A stretch of 64,000 bases of DNA, taken from Bdellovibrionales bacterium. Lineage in GTDB: Bacteria; Bdellovibrionota; Bdellovibrionia; Bdellovibrionales; UBA1609. The stretch's first letter is position 1, and each line of letters opens with the position of its first letter. Shown here in pieces: positions 1 through 10,670 of the stretch. The notes below the pieces were generated by a model that saw only the letters and a list, made by a program, of their open reading frames with translations, did not search any database and had not been told where the DNA came from. The position numbers and the translations under genes are program-made. The DNA lies in assembly GCA_965202645.1 (NCBI GenBank), contig OZ241840.1:307066-371065 (forward strand), written 5' to 3'.

Positions 1-1383
1 AGAATACACAATAAAACGCGCGCCAAAAAGATATTTGATATATAGAGCCGGCTCCAAATGAAAATAGCCTTTAAAAAGCTGAGTCAACATGCCGCAGGCC
101 ATCACGGTTCCCAATAAGAGCGCCTGCAAAAAAGCCAGGCAAAAAATTTTAGAGAGAAAAGACACTCCATTGGAATAAGGCAGGGCGTCTGAGATAATGG
201 AGAGCTTAAGCCCTCTCTCCCGCCAAACCAGCTCACCGGAGTAATATACGATAAGAATAAAAGCGAACAAACCAAAACTTCCGTCAATTATGTCCAGCAT
301 GGCGTAAGTCACAGGCAAAACGGGCGCTCCGTAGACTTTTCCCGACTGGCTGGCTAATACAAAGATAAAAGAGACGCCGGCTAGGTAAATCAAAAGAAAA
401 TATATGTTTTTAAAAGCCTGGGAAAATTCAAAAACAGATAAAAACACGAGCTGTTTTATTTGTGAGGCCCAGCCAAAGTTTAGAGGGATGGGCGATAAGG
501 CCGTTCGGCTGGCGCTTTTGCTTTCTTTTTTTATTTGCCGCTTTGAGCCAATTCCAACAGCGCTGTCCTTAAAGCTCAGCACAGCCCAAGCCAGAGAGCC
601 GGCTCCAATGGCGAGCCAAAGCAAACGGTTGTAAAGATAAAAATGGCTCCATCCAATAAGCTTTGTGTTTCGCTCCTCTACGGGCCAATAATCTGTTAAA
701 TAAGAGAAGGCGCTCATTCCAAAAGGATCTAAAAGCGAGGCTGTCAGCTTATTGTCGATGCCCTTTTCCAAACTTCCGGCTATTAAATAGCAGATAAATA
801 AAAGGATGCCGGATATATAAGCTGTGGATATTTTTTTTGTCCAGCAGACCAGGGCAAAAAACAGGGAGCCAAAAATCACAAGATTGGGAAGAATGCTTGT
901 CAGATAGGGAAACAGGTAATGGATCAGTTTGTGCGGGGCAAAAAGCTCTTTTTGGACCCAAGGGTTGAGTCCCCCCAGCCACAGCCCCAAGGCGATGCCG
1001 GAAAAAATTATCAAAAGGGAGAGCAAAGCCCCCAGCCAGCGCCCTAAAAGATAAATTTCCCGCCGGACGGGGAGGGAAAATAAAATTTGATCCATCCGGC
1101 AGTGAAAATCCCTATAAAGAGACTGCCCAAACACAGGGGCCACAATTAAAATGCCGAAAAATCCCCCGAAAAGGCTAATCAGCGTGTGCAAGTTGAAGGG
1201 GGAGTTGAGGAGCGCATTGTCCGCAAATAGGCCAATAGAGACATTTAAGTTTATAGCCCCTCCGCCGGCAATAAAAATGGTAAAAAAAGCCAGGGAGAAA
1301 AAGACGCCAAAATAAATCCAGCTGGAAAGCCTCAGCAGTTGGATTTTCACTCCAAAAAAAACAATGGCTTTGAGCGCTCGCAT
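1..1383 (-). CDS. ABC transporter permease, N-terminal part (ABC-2 permease/M1 aminopeptidase fusion type); appears to run off the window edge
   Basis: Manual translation from ATG 1383 gives a hydrophobic frame (MRALKAIVFFGVKIQLLRLSSWIYF...LNSPFN...LDPFGM...W.VEERN...YNRLLWL), open for the ~290 codons read; absent from the ORF track, consistent with no stop in the window; directly downstream of an ABC ATPase. Confidence 0.8.
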   Translation of the reverse strand, partial: MRALKAIVFFGVKIQLLRLSSWIYFGVFFSLAFFTIFIAGGGAINLNVSIGLFADNALLNSPFNLHTLISLFGGFFGILIVAPVFGQSLYRDFHCRMDQILFSLPVRREIYLLGRWLGALLSLLIIFSGIALGLWLGGLNPWVQKELFAPHKLIHYLFPYLTSILPNLVIFGSLFFALVCWTKKISTAYISGILLFICYLIAGSLEKGIDNKLTASLLDPFGMSAFSYLTDYWPVEERNTKLIGWSHFYLYNRLLWLAIGAGSLAWAVLSFKDSAVGIGSKRQIKKESKSASRTALSPIPLNFGWASQIKQLVFLSVFEFSQAFKNIYFLLIYLAGVSFIFVLASQSGKVYGAPVLPVTYAMLDIIDGSFGLFAFILIVYYSGELVWRERGLKLSIISDALPYSNGVSFLSKIFCLAFLQALLLGTVMACGMLTQLFKGYFHLEPALYIKYLFGARFIVYS

Positions 1384-1386
1384 TTT

Positions 1387-2265
1387 TTAACTTTCTATAA
1401 AGTTATAAATAAAGGCGAAATAGCAGTCCTCTAAAAGAGGCGCAACCGGCTGAAACTCTTTTCCGGGAGACTGCTCAGAATAAATGCGCAATTGGATCTT
1501 CCCCATGAAAAAGCGGGAGGAGAGGACAGAATGCTTTTCTCTCATTTCAGGCTCCTTGCTTTTTTCCACCTCTGTTTCCCATACTTTGCCCTCCATGATT
1601 TTAATCGCTTGCCGGGGGCTGTCTTGCATGAGCATTTTGCCCTCTTGAATAATGGCTGTATTTTGGCAAATCGCGCTCACATCTCCGACAATATGAGTGG
1701 AGAGGATGACAGTTATGCTCCCCCCCAAATGGCTCAAGATATTATAAAACCTCACCCGCTCCTCCGGATCCAAGCCGGCGGTCGGCTCATCCACAATCAA
1801 AAGCTGGGGCTGGCCAATAAGAGCTTGGGCTATGCCCAATCTTTGTTTCATGCCGCCAGAGTATTTTCCCAATGGCCATTTCCCATAAGGGGCCAAATTG
1901 ACTAACTCCAAAAGCTCTTGAACAAGCTTTTTTCTTTGAGGCTTATTTGTTGCGCCTTTGAGGCAGGCTAAATAATTTAAAAGCTTTTCCGCGGAGATTA
2001 AAGGATAAAAGCCAAACTCTTGGGGGAGATAGCCTAAAACTTTTCGCAGTCTCTCTTTTTCCCTCAAGATGTTTATGCCGTTAAAGCTCAGGCTTCCCTC
2101 ATCCGGATCTTGAAGGGAGGCTATGGTATTCATCAATGTGCTTTTTCCGGCGCCATTGGGGCCTAAAAGGCCAAAAACCCCTTTTGGCGCTGTTAAGCTG
2201 ACATTGTTTAGAGCTTGGATTCCTCCGGGGTAGGTTTTAGATAAAGATTTTATTTGCAAAGCCAT
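1387..2265 (-). CDS. ABC transporter ATP-binding protein
   Basis: Walker A GPNGAGKS, signature YSGGMKQR, Walker B LIVDEP, STH switch. Confidence 0.95.
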   Translation of the reverse strand: MALQIKSLSKTYPGGIQALNNVSLTAPKGVFGLLGPNGAGKSTLMNTIASLQDPDEGSLSFNGINILREKERLRKVLGYLPQEFGFYPLISAEKLLNYLACLKGATNKPQRKKLVQELLELVNLAPYGKWPLGKYSGGMKQRLGIAQALIGQPQLLIVDEPTAGLDPEERVRFYNILSHLGGSITVILSTHIVGDVSAICQNTAIIQEGKMLMQDSPRQAIKIMEGKVWETEVEKSKEPEMREKHSVLSSRFFMGKIQLRIYSEQSPGKEFQPVAPLLEDCYFAFIYNFIES

Positions 2266-2334
2266 ATTTTTTTATTGGCTGTTTTTAAGCCCGCGCTCAG
2301 AGATTAAAAGCTTAACAAATGGTTGAGCGGGCAA

Positions 2335-2478
2335 CAACTTCCGCTTCAGGCGTTTTCATCAAAACAGGCCGAACTGCCAGCAACTTCCGCTTCAGGCGTT
2401 TTCATCAAAACAGGCCAAACTGCCAGCAACTTCCGCTTCAGGCGTTTTCATCAAAACAGGCCGAACTGCCAGCAACTC
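2335..2478. repeat. 46-bp tandem repeat, ~3.1 copies
   Basis: caacttccgcttcaggcgttttcatcaaaacaggccRaactgccag at 2335, 2381, 2427; no spacers. Confidence 0.95.
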
Positions 2479-2543
2479 CCTCACCCCCCGCCAGAGGGCA
2501 GGCTTTAAAAACCGGCTGAATAAAAATCCTGCATGGCTGGCTC

Positions 2544-3173
2544 TCAAGCTTTTTTGGCTGTTGTCTCCGCGTAAGCCATAACCAGATTCTCTATGGCACG
2601 GCCGGCTCCAACCGCTTTTTTGCCGGTTTTTTTTGAGTGGCAGTTAAAAAAATAAATTTGTTTTTCCGGATCTTTTCTCCAATGGGAAATCCGGCAGGCG
2701 CTTAATAAGAGCTGTGTTTGGCGCTCATAAAGGCATTTGAAGCCGGCCTCTTTAGCCGCCCATAAAAGGGCTGGAGAGGGCGCTGTTTGGATTTCCTCTG
2801 TTGAGGAGATTCGGCCAATGAGCTTTTTTGTTATTCGTTTTTTTTGCTCTATATCAAAGCCTATGGAAAGGCTCGTGTCAAAAACAAATAAAAAGCCCCC
2901 TATAAAAGGGCAGTGGGCAATAGATATGGACGCAAAAGGGCATTCCGGTTTTTGTCCAATTTTTAAAAGATGGCCCCAGTTAAAATTTTCCGAGCGCTCT
3001 CCGATCGCCTGCCGGCTTTTTATTTGATTTATCAATGCCTCTCTTAAAAATGTTCTTTCCTTCAGCTCAATTTTTTTATTTGGAAACCGAGTAAAATAAA
3101 TATGCGCGTCTGTCCGGCTTAAGCTGTCCAACATTTCTTTTGCGCTAAATTGGAGATTTTTTAAACGGCTCAT
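2544..3173 (-). CDS. 4'-phosphopantetheinyl transferase superfamily protein
   Basis: SISIAH, IGFDIE and WAAKEAGFK motifs. Confidence 0.8.
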   Translation of the reverse strand: MSRLKNLQFSAKEMLDSLSRTDAHIYFTRFPNKKIELKERTFLREALINQIKSRQAIGERSENFNWGHLLKIGQKPECPFASISIAHCPFIGGFLFVFDTSLSIGFDIEQKKRITKKLIGRISSTEEIQTAPSPALLWAAKEAGFKCLYERQTQLLLSACRISHWRKDPEKQIYFFNCHSKKTGKKAVGAGRAIENLVMAYAETTAKKA

Positions 3174-3220
3174 TGTTTTTCCGAGTAAAAGCTTTTATTA
3201 AGTAAATTATAGCTGAGCGC

Positions 3221-6200
3221 TTATTTTAGTGAAAATGATTTGTTATATCCGCTCTCAAAAAGAGAGGAGGATATGTTGATGGTGGAGTCTGTCCAATAAA
3301 GAAATATGCCAAAAAGTTTATTTGTGGGTGATAATTTTTCCGGACAAAGGCTGCTATTATAATCCTTTTTCATTTCCTCTAATTCCTCCTCTATTATGTC
3401 CCCCTTGTTATCCAAACTTTTCAAAAGAGAGCTATAATTTTTTTCCGCTTGCTTGAGCGCCGCTTTTAAAACCGAGGCATCTGGACTATGTGTCGCCATA
3501 CTGTGGCGGGTTTTAGCTGTTAATTCTTTTAGATAAGCCCCTTTTCTTTGAATCAGCTCTCCGATTTCCTCCTTGATCTTCAGAGCTTCCGTTTTCGCAA
3601 ACTTCCGCAAATCAGATATATAGGCTGGGCAAATGTTTAAACAGTATTGTGAGGCGCGCTTATAATTTTTAAAAAGCGCCTTCATTGTTTTAAAGGGAGC
3701 TGTCTTAATCTCGTTTAACGCGCAGTATTTTTGTTTGTTTTCCATGGCTTGAATCATAGGCTGAGTCAAGTGTGTGAGATTTGGCAAATGGGGCCCAAGA
3801 GGGGAGTCTCTCAAAATGGCCAAAGCCCTGTTTGTGTCTATTTTGCCCCTTAAATCACACCGGCTCAGATGGGTCCCTGTTAAAGAGCTGGTGGAATTAA
3901 TCGCTGCCTTAATTTCCTCTCTCTCTTTTTTTGCGCTTAACTCACATAAATAATGAATTTCAAAGCGATTCCATTTTTTGTCCTGATGATTCCCTTGAGA
4001 AAATTGTTTTTCCTGCTGAAATTCCCTCCAGCATAGCTCTTGTTGAACCAGATCGCCCAGGACCTCTTGACAGGCTGCTTGAGAGCAGCGCTCTGATCTT
4101 CCATATCTCTCCCAAGAGTAAAATTTGCGATCTTCACTACGTTTGGTATGGCATAATTTCCCAATACTCAGATCTTCCTGCTCTCTCCGCCATTCATCCC
4201 TAAGCTTTGAGCACGAAACCAGCTCATATACCGGCATATCACAATTGCTATTCCACATCTCTTTTGTATAAAGAAAGGCTATACCAGATAGTGTTGAGCT
4301 GATTTTATACGCGCTATCATAATCTAACTGCGCTTGCTCTAAAAGATCTTCAGATCGCTTTTGCTTTGCTGATTTTGCTCTCTCCGCCAGAATAGCCTCT
4401 GTTATTAAGGTTTTTATAAATTTAATCAACTGCTCTTTATTCACTTGGCCATCTGGCCTCACTGTCACAACTAAGTCCTGAGTCAAATGATCTGTGACTC
4501 CTAATCTTCTGCGCAGGTCATGAATTTTGCGCGCATTCACCTGATACTTGCTAACCACCTCAGCCGCTGTGGCCAGCTTTTTTCCAGCTGTTATTATATC
4601 TAAACTGGCTACATCGGTTAAAGTTTGCTTTTGTGTTTGTAAAAGCCTGTTTAATTGTTCGCGGAATTTTTGTTTTTCCGCTTGTGATTTTTGTTTTAAA
4701 GCGCTCAGCTTTTCTTCATATTTCCTCGTTTGCCGGTTAAACTCTTCCTCCCGTTTCTTTAATAGGGAGGTCTTTTGGGATAAAAGCCTGCAGACCTCTT
4801 TAACGCTGGGAGCTTTTTCTTTGGTTTTCAAAAGCACGAGTTTTTCTAAAGGATTAGCCGGCGAGTCGGCGCCAGCGGACTTGGAAGAGCGTGTTAAAGC
4901 TCCTCCCGCTAGAGCCGCAGCGCCCACAGCCGCAACGGCGCCAGCAGGATTTAAGCCATCAGATTTTGCGGCGCTCCCCGCGCCGGAGCTTTGTTCCGCA
5001 GATCCCGCGGCTCTCCCTGTGTCGAGGCTTTGTTTTGCAGGCGCAGATCTGCCTGCCTCCTTTGTGGAGCTGGCCGTGAAGTTGGGCTTTCCCGTCAGCC
5101 AGTTCCAAACGCTTTTAAAAGGGCCGGGCTTTTTGTCCGATGATGGGGAGGCCGGCTCCCGCACTGCGCTGGTTTCTGCGGCGGGGGCGGGGCTGTCTTT
5201 AACTTTCAGTTTATTTTCCCATAAATTTCTCCAAAAGCCCAGCTTTTTTTCCGTTGGCTGGGGAGCGGTTGGCGCTGAACTGCCTGCCGCCTCTTTGGAG
5301 CTTTCCGTGAAGTTGGGTTTCCCTGTCAGCCAGTTCCAAACACTTCTAAAAGGGCCGGGCTTTTGTTCCGGGGAGCTGGCCGGCTCATCAAAAAATGCTG
5401 GGTCGGCTGTTGGGCTGGGGCTGTCAGGGGAGCGGGAAGGATCGGGAGAGGGTGTTATGGGGCTGTCAGAGGAGCGAGGAGAGGATGGTATTTTTTGAGG
5501 CCCAGCGGTTGAATGTATCGGGCGCAAGACAGGAGAGTTTTTAGCGTTATCTGCAGGATCCTCAATTACCCCATATTTTTGATCTGGCGCATGGTGTAAT
5601 AAGGAATGTCCTACCGCGCTGTCAGCAGCCAGGGGCACAGCGGAAGCTTTTAGAGCAGACGGCGCTGAATCTGGCTGTTTGGCCGCCGCCGGCGCATGAG
5701 CGGGAGATCTGGCTTGGGCATTCCGCGCTTTCAATCCGCTGTATATCTCTCTGGCCGTTTGAAATTCCCACTTCGCTTTAGGGTATTGAGCATCTATCTT
5801 TTTTAAAGCTGTCTCCAGTTTGTCTTGGTTATTTTTTGCAGTCTTTTTATGATTTCGCAAACGGCTTAGCTGGGTATTAAGTTGAATAATTCGACTGTTC
5901 GCATTCTCATGGCAACGCTTTTCCCGGCAGGATGTCATTGATCTTTTTGCCGCTTGTATATGTGTTTGCGCGCTTTGTATGTCTGAGCTTAATCTTTGAA
6001 TGTCACGCTGCCTGTTTGTTTTTTGCTGAGTGAATATGCGCTTCTGTTCTTCTATGCTTCTAACCCTTGTTATTTTGTTGTTAAAAATCTGAAGAGCCGC
6101 TCGTGTTTTTTTGTCTAATGGGCCGGTTGAGGGCAATTTTTTGCTAATTGATTTTTCAATGTTCTCCTTTTCCTTTTGAGTGAGGCAATTTCTCAGATCT

Positions 6201-6310
6201 GGCGCTAGGCGCTCTTCCTGTTTTGTGCAGGTTTTAGGAATATCCTTTTCATTTAAAAATATCAGATCAGCCTCAGTCTGCCCTAAAATAAAACAAAGGG
6301 AGATCGCCAA
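3221..6310 (-). CDS. Large hypothetical, probably exported coiled-coil protein with a Pro/Ser/Ala-rich linker and internal duplication
   Basis: 1029-aa ORF; hydrophobic N-terminus, paired Cys, duplicated KPGPFxSVWNWLTGKPNFT segment; start codon uncertain. Confidence 0.75.
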   Translation of the reverse strand: MAISLCFILGQTEADLIFLNEKDIPKTCTKQEERLAPDLRNCLTQKEKENIEKSISKKLPSTGPLDKKTRAALQIFNNKITRVRSIEEQKRIFTQQKTNRQRDIQRLSSDIQSAQTHIQAAKRSMTSCREKRCHENANSRIIQLNTQLSRLRNHKKTAKNNQDKLETALKKIDAQYPKAKWEFQTAREIYSGLKARNAQARSPAHAPAAAKQPDSAPSALKASAVPLAADSAVGHSLLHHAPDQKYGVIEDPADNAKNSPVLRPIHSTAGPQKIPSSPRSSDSPITPSPDPSRSPDSPSPTADPAFFDEPASSPEQKPGPFRSVWNWLTGKPNFTESSKEAAGSSAPTAPQPTEKKLGFWRNLWENKLKVKDSPAPAAETSAVREPASPSSDKKPGPFKSVWNWLTGKPNFTASSTKEAGRSAPAKQSLDTGRAAGSAEQSSGAGSAAKSDGLNPAGAVAAVGAAALAGGALTRSSKSAGADSPANPLEKLVLLKTKEKAPSVKEVCRLLSQKTSLLKKREEEFNRQTRKYEEKLSALKQKSQAEKQKFREQLNRLLQTQKQTLTDVASLDIITAGKKLATAAEVVSKYQVNARKIHDLRRRLGVTDHLTQDLVVTVRPDGQVNKEQLIKFIKTLITEAILAERAKSAKQKRSEDLLEQAQLDYDSAYKISSTLSGIAFLYTKEMWNSNCDMPVYELVSCSKLRDEWRREQEDLSIGKLCHTKRSEDRKFYSWERYGRSERCSQAACQEVLGDLVQQELCWREFQQEKQFSQGNHQDKKWNRFEIHYLCELSAKKEREEIKAAINSTSSLTGTHLSRCDLRGKIDTNRALAILRDSPLGPHLPNLTHLTQPMIQAMENKQKYCALNEIKTAPFKTMKALFKNYKRASQYCLNICPAYISDLRKFAKTEALKIKEEIGELIQRKGAYLKELTAKTRHSMATHSPDASVLKAALKQAEKNYSSLLKSLDNKGDIIEEELEEMKKDYNSSLCPEKLSPTNKLFGIFLYWTDSTINISSSLFESGYNKSFSLK

Positions 6311-7121
6311 AAGGGCTGGCGGGGCTATAAAAGCCCTTTGGAAGTTATGAACAGGGTAAGTGAACTGTCATTTTTCGAGGATGATCCATTCAACGCAATA
6401 TGGAAATGCCTCATAACAGGAGTCCACTTTTTTAGCGCGATCCACTGCCAAAAGCTCATAAGGCTGTTTCCGATCAGTCCATTTTCGGGGATGATTTTCA
6501 TATTTATTTTATCGGCTAGATCCGGCATAATATTTAAATTCCCTCAATTATTAGGCTCATGGCGCTTATTCTCTGCCTATTTTTAGCCTCCCATTTTAAA
6601 GGAAAAACAGGCGCTTTTGAAGGCTCTGCAGTCTTGTCCGCCCCAGGCGAAGTCCGCGGGTCCCTGATGGCCATAAAGTTTTGTCCCTTAGTCTGCAGTT
6701 CTGTCCGCCCCAGGCGAAGTCCGCGGGATCGCAAGCTCTCCCTCTAAAAAATCCTGCAACTTTAAAAAAGGCTTAGGATAGGCGGGCACAGCTTTAGTTG
6801 AGGCTTGAAAAAAAGCCCCGGCTGGCCCTCTTCTTATTTCATGGTGAAGACTGCGTTTTTAAAGGCTGTTGCCTCACAGCTGGCGCCGGCGGGTTTGAGG
6901 TTAGGGCCGCCATGCCTTAAAAAGCTCAAGTTTTCCCTCTAAAAAAAATGTTTCAGGCTGTCCCATAAGCGCGCCGCCGGCGGGCCATTTTCCTCCCTGA
7001 ATGCCGGGCCAGTGTTAAATGGGGGATATTCAGGATTTAAGTCCAGCTCAACATGATCCAGAGAAATGGGCTGTTTTATAGCGTTTCAAGCTGAGAATAT
7101 AGCTCCAATTATATAATTTAG

Positions 7122-7324
7122 TAAGTTGGGCTGGCTCTCTTGGCCTAAATCCCATTATGGTCTTCAATTTTCCAGAGTCCAAGCTTGTTTTTGAAAGCTC
7201 CCGCTCCATGGCTGGCGCCGGCGGGTTTGAGGGCCGGACGCCCGTTTCGATAAAAATAAGCTTGGACTCTGGAATAAAGACAGATTTAGCCTCGTGAATA
7301 GGTCAAGAAAACTAGCTCAGTTTA
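7122..7324. mobile_element. ~200-bp MITE-like palindromic element, copy 1
   Basis: Imperfect terminal inverted repeats, internal inverted pair ttccagagtccaagctt/aagcttggactctggaa, TA at both ends; homologous to 30755-30952 and 44172-44373 (opposite orientation). Confidence 0.8.
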
Positions 7325-7575
7325 AATAATTTTGAGCTGTTTGTCTCAACCCTGATAGGCTATAAAAAGCTATGCCTTATGGAGGATTGGACACCAGCCA
7401 CCGCCCAGTCTGTAAATTTAGGGCAAAGGATAGGCTATAAAAAGCTATGCCTTATGGATTGACAGACTGGATTTTTGCCATCTCTCTGGGCTTATCGAGT
7501 GTTTCATGGTGAATAACAGGGAAAAGATTGAAAAAATAGCGGGAGCGGCATACACTGCTTTTTAAATAAAAGCTT

Positions 7576-7652
7576 AGGGCAGTAGCTCGAATTGGTAGAG
7601 CAGCGGACTCCAAATCCGCCGGTTGCAGGTTCGAATCCTGTCTGCCCTGCCA
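7576..7652 (+). tRNA. tRNA-Trp(CCA)
   Basis: Acceptor AGGGCAG/CTGCCCT, anticodon loop CTCCAAA, GGTTCGAATCC T-arm, encoded CCA end. Confidence 0.97.
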
Positions 7653-7764
7653 TCAGGGCGGAGAGCGTTTGGGCTGGTTTGAGGATAAGCCCGCTTTTTC
7701 GCATGCCCCTCCGCGCCGCAAATCTATGAAAATTAAATCAAATTGGTGTAATGTGGAAAAATCA

Positions 7765-7841
7765 GGTGGCGTAGCTCAACTGGATAGAGCAGCGGCCTTC
7801 TAAGCCGCAGGTTGCAGGTTCAAGTCCTGCCGCCATCGCCA
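7765..7841 (+). tRNA. tRNA-Arg(TCT)
   Basis: Acceptor GGTGGCG/CGCCATC, anticodon arm GCGGC-CTTCTAA-GCCGC, GGTTCAAGTCC, CCA end. Confidence 0.97.
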
Positions 7842-7964
7842 TTTTTAAAGTTATGGCATAGCATAACCGGCAAGTTCCGCCAGCTGTGTCTCAAGTCCCG
7901 CCGGCTGTGTCTCAAGTTCCGCAAGGCCCAAGTTCTTCAGCCATCGCTATTTTAAAGAAAAAAT

Positions 7965-7993
7965 TTGACAGACATTAAAGCCGGCCATACATT
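7965..7993 (+). promoter_or_regulatory. Putative sigma70 promoter of the multicopper oxidase gene
   Basis: TTGACA-17 nt-TACATT, about 40 nt upstream of ATG 8036. Confidence 0.55.
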
Positions 7994-8035
7994 TATATTC
8001 CCTGTTATGGAAAACGGAAAGGAGCGCAAATCAAA

Positions 8036-10357
8036 ATGAGCAGCCCGCGAGTCTTTTTTATTTTTAGCTGGGCTTTTTTATGCTCATTTATAGCCTTGCG
8101 GGCTAATGGCCAGACGCCGGCGGAAAGCTTTAGGGAGGCAAAAGGCTCTACAGTCATCTACCGGCTCACAATAGATTATAAAACAGTCCATTTTACCGGC
8201 CAGCCCAAAAAAGCTATGGCCATCAATAACTCTGTGCCGGCTCCCGCCCTTTATTTTAAGGAGGGGCAAACCGCTGTTATCCATGTCACCAACAAGATGG
8301 ATGTGGAAAGCTCTGTCCATTGGCATGGGATTCTCCTGCCCAATTTTCAGGACGGAGTTCCCTACTTAACCACTCCCCCCATTTTGCCGGGGAAAACCCA
8401 TACTTATAAATTCCCGCTAAAACAATCTGGAACTTACTGGTATCACTCCCACACCGGCTTGCAGGAGCAAAGAGGGCTTTATGGGGCTATTGTTGTTGAG
8501 CCAAAGCATAAAAGGCTAAAATATGATCGGGATTTGGTTTTGGTTTTATCGGATTGGACGGATGAAAATCCCCATGAAATTATGAGAGCTTTAAAAAGGA
8601 GAAGTGAATGGCACTCTATTAAAAAAGGCACAACGCAAAGCCTCATTCCCGTCGTTCAAAAAGGGGCTTTAATGGCTCAGCTTAAAATGTGGAGCCAGCG
8701 CATGCCGGGCATGGATATTTCTGATGTCTATTATCCCGCTTTTTTGCTGAATGGAAAAAAAGAGCAAAGCTATCCGAATTTTAAGCCGGGGGAAAGGGCG
8801 CGGCTCCGGGTGATTAACGCCTCAGCCTCCACTTATTTTTGGCTGACTTTTGGAGGAAAAAGCCCTCTGCTGGTTTCAGCGGATGGGGTGGATGTCCATC
8901 CAGCGCCCGCGCAAAAAATACTTCATGCCATTGGGGAAACCTATGATTTTTTAATAACAATTCCAAAAAAGAAAGCTATTGAGCTGCGGGCCACAGCTCA
9001 GGATGGCTCAGGGGCAGTGACAGCTGTTATAGGGAAGGGGCAAATCCTCAAAGCGCCTCTTGTGCCAAAACCGGACTTAATCCAACAAATGAGGGAAATG
9101 GCTAAAAGTCATGGATCAGGCTCTCACGCCAGCCATCATCAAAAGGCTGAGCTGGGGAGTCTTAAAAAAGATCCGCATAGCTCTCACGCCAGCCATCATC
9201 AAAAGGCTAAGCTGGGGAGTCTTAAAAAAGATCCGCATAGCTCTCACGCCAGCCATGAGGGGCGCGCAAAAATCGATAGAAATAAAAAGAATGCATTTCA
9301 CACAAAACATAAAGCTTATAAGGCTCGCCCCCCCGATCTGTTCTCGTATCAGCAGTTAAAAGCGCTTGAAAAAACAGCCGGAAAAAATCCTGTTCGGGAA
9401 ATCACTTTGAATTTAACCGGGAGCATGTGGCGCTATATATGGAGCATGAACGGCCAAACACTCTCTGAATCTGACTTTATTAAAATAAAAAAAGGAGAGA
9501 GGCTGAGGATCATCTTAAATAACCGGACTATGATGCATCATCCGATGCATCTTCATGGGCACTTTTTCAGATTCTTAAATAAGCATGGGGAATATTCGCC
9601 CCTCAAGCACACAGTGGACATTCCGCCTATGGAAAGCGCCGTTATTGAGTTTGAACCTGATGAGGCGGGGGACTGGCTTTTCCACTGTCATATTTTATAT
9701 CACATGATGGGGGGAATGGGCCGTGTGTTCAGCCATGGGGGGCCAAGGGACATCCGCCTGAAAAATTATCCTTCCGCCCGCATTATCAATGAGGACAGAC
9801 ACTGGCATAAATGGGCGGAAGTGTCTGTGATGAGCCATCAGGCCGATGGGGAATTGACAATCTCCAATGTCAGAAACAAAATTTTTCTGGCCGGTATTTT
9901 GTCTTGGCTGGATCACAAATACAGCTGGCATAAAAATTTTGAAATATCCGCCTCTTATGAGAGATTCATCAGTGAGTTTTTTCGTCTTTATATAGGGCTG
10001 GAGATGGAAAATGCCCAAGAGGGGCGCTTAGGCGGGCTGAGGGACGCGGATCATTCAGCGCAAATGGGCTTTCGCTGGCTTTTGCCTTATTTTATCAGTT
10101 GGGATATGAGTTTGGATCACAAGGCCCGGTGGCAGGCGGAATTAGATTATGAGCTTCTTCTTTTGCCGCGGCTGGAGCTTTTTGCCGATTGGAGCTTGAG
10201 AGGGGGCTTTAGCCATTTTAACAGCTCATCAAAAGAGACAGTGTGGAAACAGGAGTGGTCGGCCGGTTTTGAGTATATTTTGCTCCAAAATTTTTCCCTT
10301 GTGGGAAGTTACAGCAATCATTTTGGCTGGGGCGCGGGGCTTAATTTAAAACTTTAA
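8036..10357 (+). CDS. CopA-family multicopper oxidase with a C-terminal beta-barrel-like (CopB-like) region
   Basis: Copper motifs HWHG, WYHSH, HPMHLHGH, HCHILYHM; signal peptide; His-rich linker. Confidence 0.9.
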   Translation: MSSPRVFFIFSWAFLCSFIALRANGQTPAESFREAKGSTVIYRLTIDYKTVHFTGQPKKAMAINNSVPAPALYFKEGQTAVIHVTNKMDVESSVHWHGILLPNFQDGVPYLTTPPILPGKTHTYKFPLKQSGTYWYHSHTGLQEQRGLYGAIVVEPKHKRLKYDRDLVLVLSDWTDENPHEIMRALKRRSEWHSIKKGTTQSLIPVVQKGALMAQLKMWSQRMPGMDISDVYYPAFLLNGKKEQSYPNFKPGERARLRVINASASTYFWLTFGGKSPLLVSADGVDVHPAPAQKILHAIGETYDFLITIPKKKAIELRATAQDGSGAVTAVIGKGQILKAPLVPKPDLIQQMREMAKSHGSGSHASHHQKAELGSLKKDPHSSHASHHQKAKLGSLKKDPHSSHASHEGRAKIDRNKKNAFHTKHKAYKARPPDLFSYQQLKALEKTAGKNPVREITLNLTGSMWRYIWSMNGQTLSESDFIKIKKGERLRIILNNRTMMHHPMHLHGHFFRFLNKHGEYSPLKHTVDIPPMESAVIEFEPDEAGDWLFHCHILYHMMGGMGRVFSHGGPRDIRLKNYPSARIINEDRHWHKWAEVSVMSHQADGELTISNVRNKIFLAGILSWLDHKYSWHKNFEISASYERFISEFFRLYIGLEMENAQEGRLGGLRDADHSAQMGFRWLLPYFISWDMSLDHKARWQAELDYELLLLPRLELFADWSLRGGFSHFNSSSKETVWKQEWSAGFEYILLQNFSLVGSYSNHFGWGAGLNLKL
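9120..9256. repeat. In-frame 60-bp tandem duplication encoding His-rich SHASHHQKAxLGSLKKDPHS
   Basis: ctctcacgccagccat at 9121, 9181, 9241. Confidence 0.95.
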
Positions 10358-10670
10358 AAAAGCTAAAAATTGTCTTTCCAAATTGCGGCGGCTGAAATAT
10401 CCGGCATTTTACGTCACGGGCGCGGACAGCCGCCGGATCTGTTTTGCAGGCTGAGCGCTTTTTACGCTTTCTTTATAAGCGATTTGTCAGGAGGAGCGCT
10501 CCCTCCTGAAGCTGAGGGACAAAAGGGAGCGCCTTAAACAGCGCTAATATCCCCTTTGAAAAAGAGCGCTTTAGGCTATGAGCAATGGCCCGGATTAATT
10601 TTTTAAAAAAACCTTAAATCCGCGGCCTTTTGCTTTTATTTTTTTATTTTTTGAGTTATATTGGCTTTTT

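Noticed and set aside
4548..5498. 316-aa plus-strand ORF and other overlapping antisense ORFs (e.g. 11483-12184, 62739-63170)
   Set aside because: Shadows of better-supported genes on the opposite strand
7576..7960. Prophage/island attachment site at the tRNAs
   Set aside because: Only a degenerate local echo of the tRNA-Arg 3' end; no integrase or distal att copy seen
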